DNA from: Candidatus Saccharimonadota bacterium
Lineage (GTDB): Bacteria > Patescibacteriota > Gracilibacteria > BD1-5 > UBA6164
Length of the DNA stretch: 32,000 bases
NCBI GenBank assembly: GCA_965227835.1
Contig: OZ245768.1
Span: 390,001-422,000, forward strand
Direction of reading: 5' to 3'
The translations under genes and the position numbers were made by a program. Positions within the stretch are counted from its first letter, which is position 1, and every line of letters starts with the position of its first letter. Shown piece after piece: positions 30,363-32,000 of the stretch. The notes below the pieces were generated by a model, which was given only the letters and a program-made list of their open reading frames with translations, was not told the origin of the DNA and did no database searches.

Positions 30363-31280
30363 ATGGTTAGAAATTTAAAAATATGATCACTTAATTGGAT
30401 AGATTGAGTTTGAATAAAGGATGAAGAGATAAAAAATATTTTATCTAAACATAGTGTACATGAGCTTGATATAGAGGCTTGTTTGGAGTGAAATCAAAAA
30501 GCAAGGATTGATAACTATCCATGATATTCTTTTTTGATACTTCATTTTCCTAAATACAACAGAATAAAAAAACTATATGAACTTAATCAGTTTAATATAT
30601 TTATATCTAAAAATGATTTAATTACCTTTAGAAATGCTACTTGAAATCATATAAATAGAATATTTAATTATTATGGTAGTTTGAAATCATCAGTTAAAAA
30701 AAGGGATATAAAAATTAGCACTTGATATATATTGTATGAAATTACACAAGCTATGCTTGAAAAAATGTTTAATGTTATAAAAAATATAACTCTTGATATA
30801 AAAACGATAGAAACAAAGATTTTTGATTGAAAAGATAGTACAAGTCTTGTTAGAGATATAATGATAAAAAAAAGAAATATAATTACTTTGAAACATATGT
30901 TTAAACCTCAAATAGCTGTGTTGAAACAATTAAAAAATTTGATAAATGATATATACAAATGAGAGATAGAGGTTTATTTTGAAGATTTGGAAGATAAACT
31001 TGACCAAATAGTTAATGATATAAATGTATTGCAAGAGTATATGGAAGGTGTTGAAAATTCTTTTAAGTCTATAGTTGATATAAAAACTAATTTTGTAATA
31101 AAAATACTTACAGCTTTTTCTGCTTTTATGCTTCCTCTTACCTTAGTTACTAGTTTTTACTGAATGAATATAGATTTGTCTCCTTATCAAAATATTAATA
31201 TACCTCTTTTTCTTTTTTCTATTGGTTTGTCTTTTATAGTTATTATTTATTTGTTTTTGAGAAGTGGTTGAAGGTTTTAG
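30363..31280 (+). CDS. corA: CorA-family magnesium/cobalt transporter
   Basis: 306 codons translated. The C-terminal two TM segments carry the signature LVTSFYGMNI, with YGMN at 31158-31169 and its Gly encoded by TGA. TAG at 31278-31280. Confidence 0.9.
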
Positions 31281-31391
31281 ATAAGAAAATTTTATTTTAT
31301 CTTGAAAATGATTTAAAGTTAATACTATAATTCTTCGAGCAGATATTATTTTGACTCAAATTAAATCTTATACTAATCACCCGAGCAGACT

Positions 31392-31425
31392 TCACCCCCC
31401 AATCCCTCTCCTTAGAGGAGAGGGG
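31392..31425 (+). repeat. short palindromic GEG-type repeat element, copy 2 (intergenic)
   Basis: tcaccccccaatccctctccttagaggagagggg. The inverted-repeat core is ccctctcc-ttag-aggagaggg. It is related to the copy at 2099-2131 and is flanked by short local repeats (cgagcaga x2, gatagaaca x2). Confidence 0.6.
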
Positions 31426-31603
31426 ATAGAACAGGAGAGATAGAACAGAGAAATTATTTAGAACTCTTTAACTCTAAAAATTACAAAAGAGTATTAGATA
31501 TAAAAAAATAGTTATAATAATTTTTGTTTTTATAATTATAAAGGAATTTTTCAGTTTCTCCTTAATATTTAGCTTTGTTTTAAATTAATAATAAATTTTT
31601 TTA

Positions 31604-32000
31604 ATGACTCCAAGAATAACAATTATAGGTAGACCAAATGTTTGAAAATCAAGTTTTTTCAATTTATATACCTGACATAAAATAGCAATTATAGATAATA
31701 TTTCTGGAACAACTAGAGATATATCTGAATTTGAATTCTATGATTCTAAAAATGATATAAAATATATAATTGCTGATTCTTGATGACTTGATTTTTGATC
31801 AAAAACTGATGAGGTTTCTTTAGATATTATAGAAAAAACAAGAGAATCTATGAAATCTTCAGAACTTTTAGTGTGGGTTTTGGAATATGATAAATTTAGT
31901 AATCTAGATGAAAAAATATTAAAAGTTCTGAAAAAGCAAAATTTTAATAACTATATAATAGTTGCTAATAAAGCTGATAATGAATCATTTGTTATGGAGT
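31604..32000 (+). CDS. der: ribosome-associated GTPase Der/EngA, N-terminal part (3' end outside window)
   Basis: [45 protein letters not shown]...IIADSGGLDF...ANKADN. This gives G1 GRPNVGKS, G3 DSGG and G4 NKAD, with Gly in G1 and G3 encoded by TGA. The frame is open to the window end. Confidence 0.9.

Noticed and set aside
1-32000. Interpreting the many in-frame TGAs as pseudogenisation, or as TGA=Trp (table 4, Mycoplasma-like)
   Set aside because: TGA coincides with invariant Gly in P-loops, YGMN, GGE, DxGG and aaRS motifs, not with Trp positions. Trp is encoded by TGG in the same genes. All essential genes would otherwise be broken.
1-32000. tRNA, rRNA or other classical RNA genes
   Set aside because: I found no GC-enriched ~75-nt cloverleaf-like segments or rRNA-like stretches. 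The only GC-rich islands are the T-box leader, the terminators and the GEG-type repeats.

Overview
Very AT-rich bacterial chromosomal segment that only makes sense if TGA is read as glycine (translation table 25, so a Gracilibacteria or Absconditabacteria/SR1-type Patescibacteria/CPR genome). The supplied standard-code ORF track is therefore badly fragmented and often shows shadow ORFs on the wrong strand. I re-translated both strands by hand with only TAA/TAG as stops and checked the long calls codon by codon. This gives 25 CDS. Housekeeping anchors are lysS, thrS, aspS, pilT, corA and der. Type IV pilus-related genes are scattered: an A24 prepilin-peptidase-like membrane protein, a pilin-like gene, and pilT directly followed by a class III nucleotidyl cyclase. 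Other content: two adjacent radical-SAM genes; two divergent COG1373/DUF4143-type AAA ATPases flanking lysS; a HEXXH-motif protein plus a DUF2130-like coiled-coil/nuclease-like pair; a 632-aa protein with a caspase/CHAT-like His-Cys C-terminal domain; an intact IS5-family insertion sequence; a canonical T-box leader in front of aspS; and a three-gene minus-strand operon ending in a 1481-aa signal-peptide-bearing giant ORF with no domain I can recognise. Three genes are TGA-free and end in clean intrinsic terminators (two of them also have strong Shine-Dalgarno sites). One of them (Bax-inhibitor-1/YccA family) still ends at a TGA followed by its terminator, a fossil stop codon that points to acquisition from a standard-code donor. 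I saw no rRNA, tRNA or CRISPR array.
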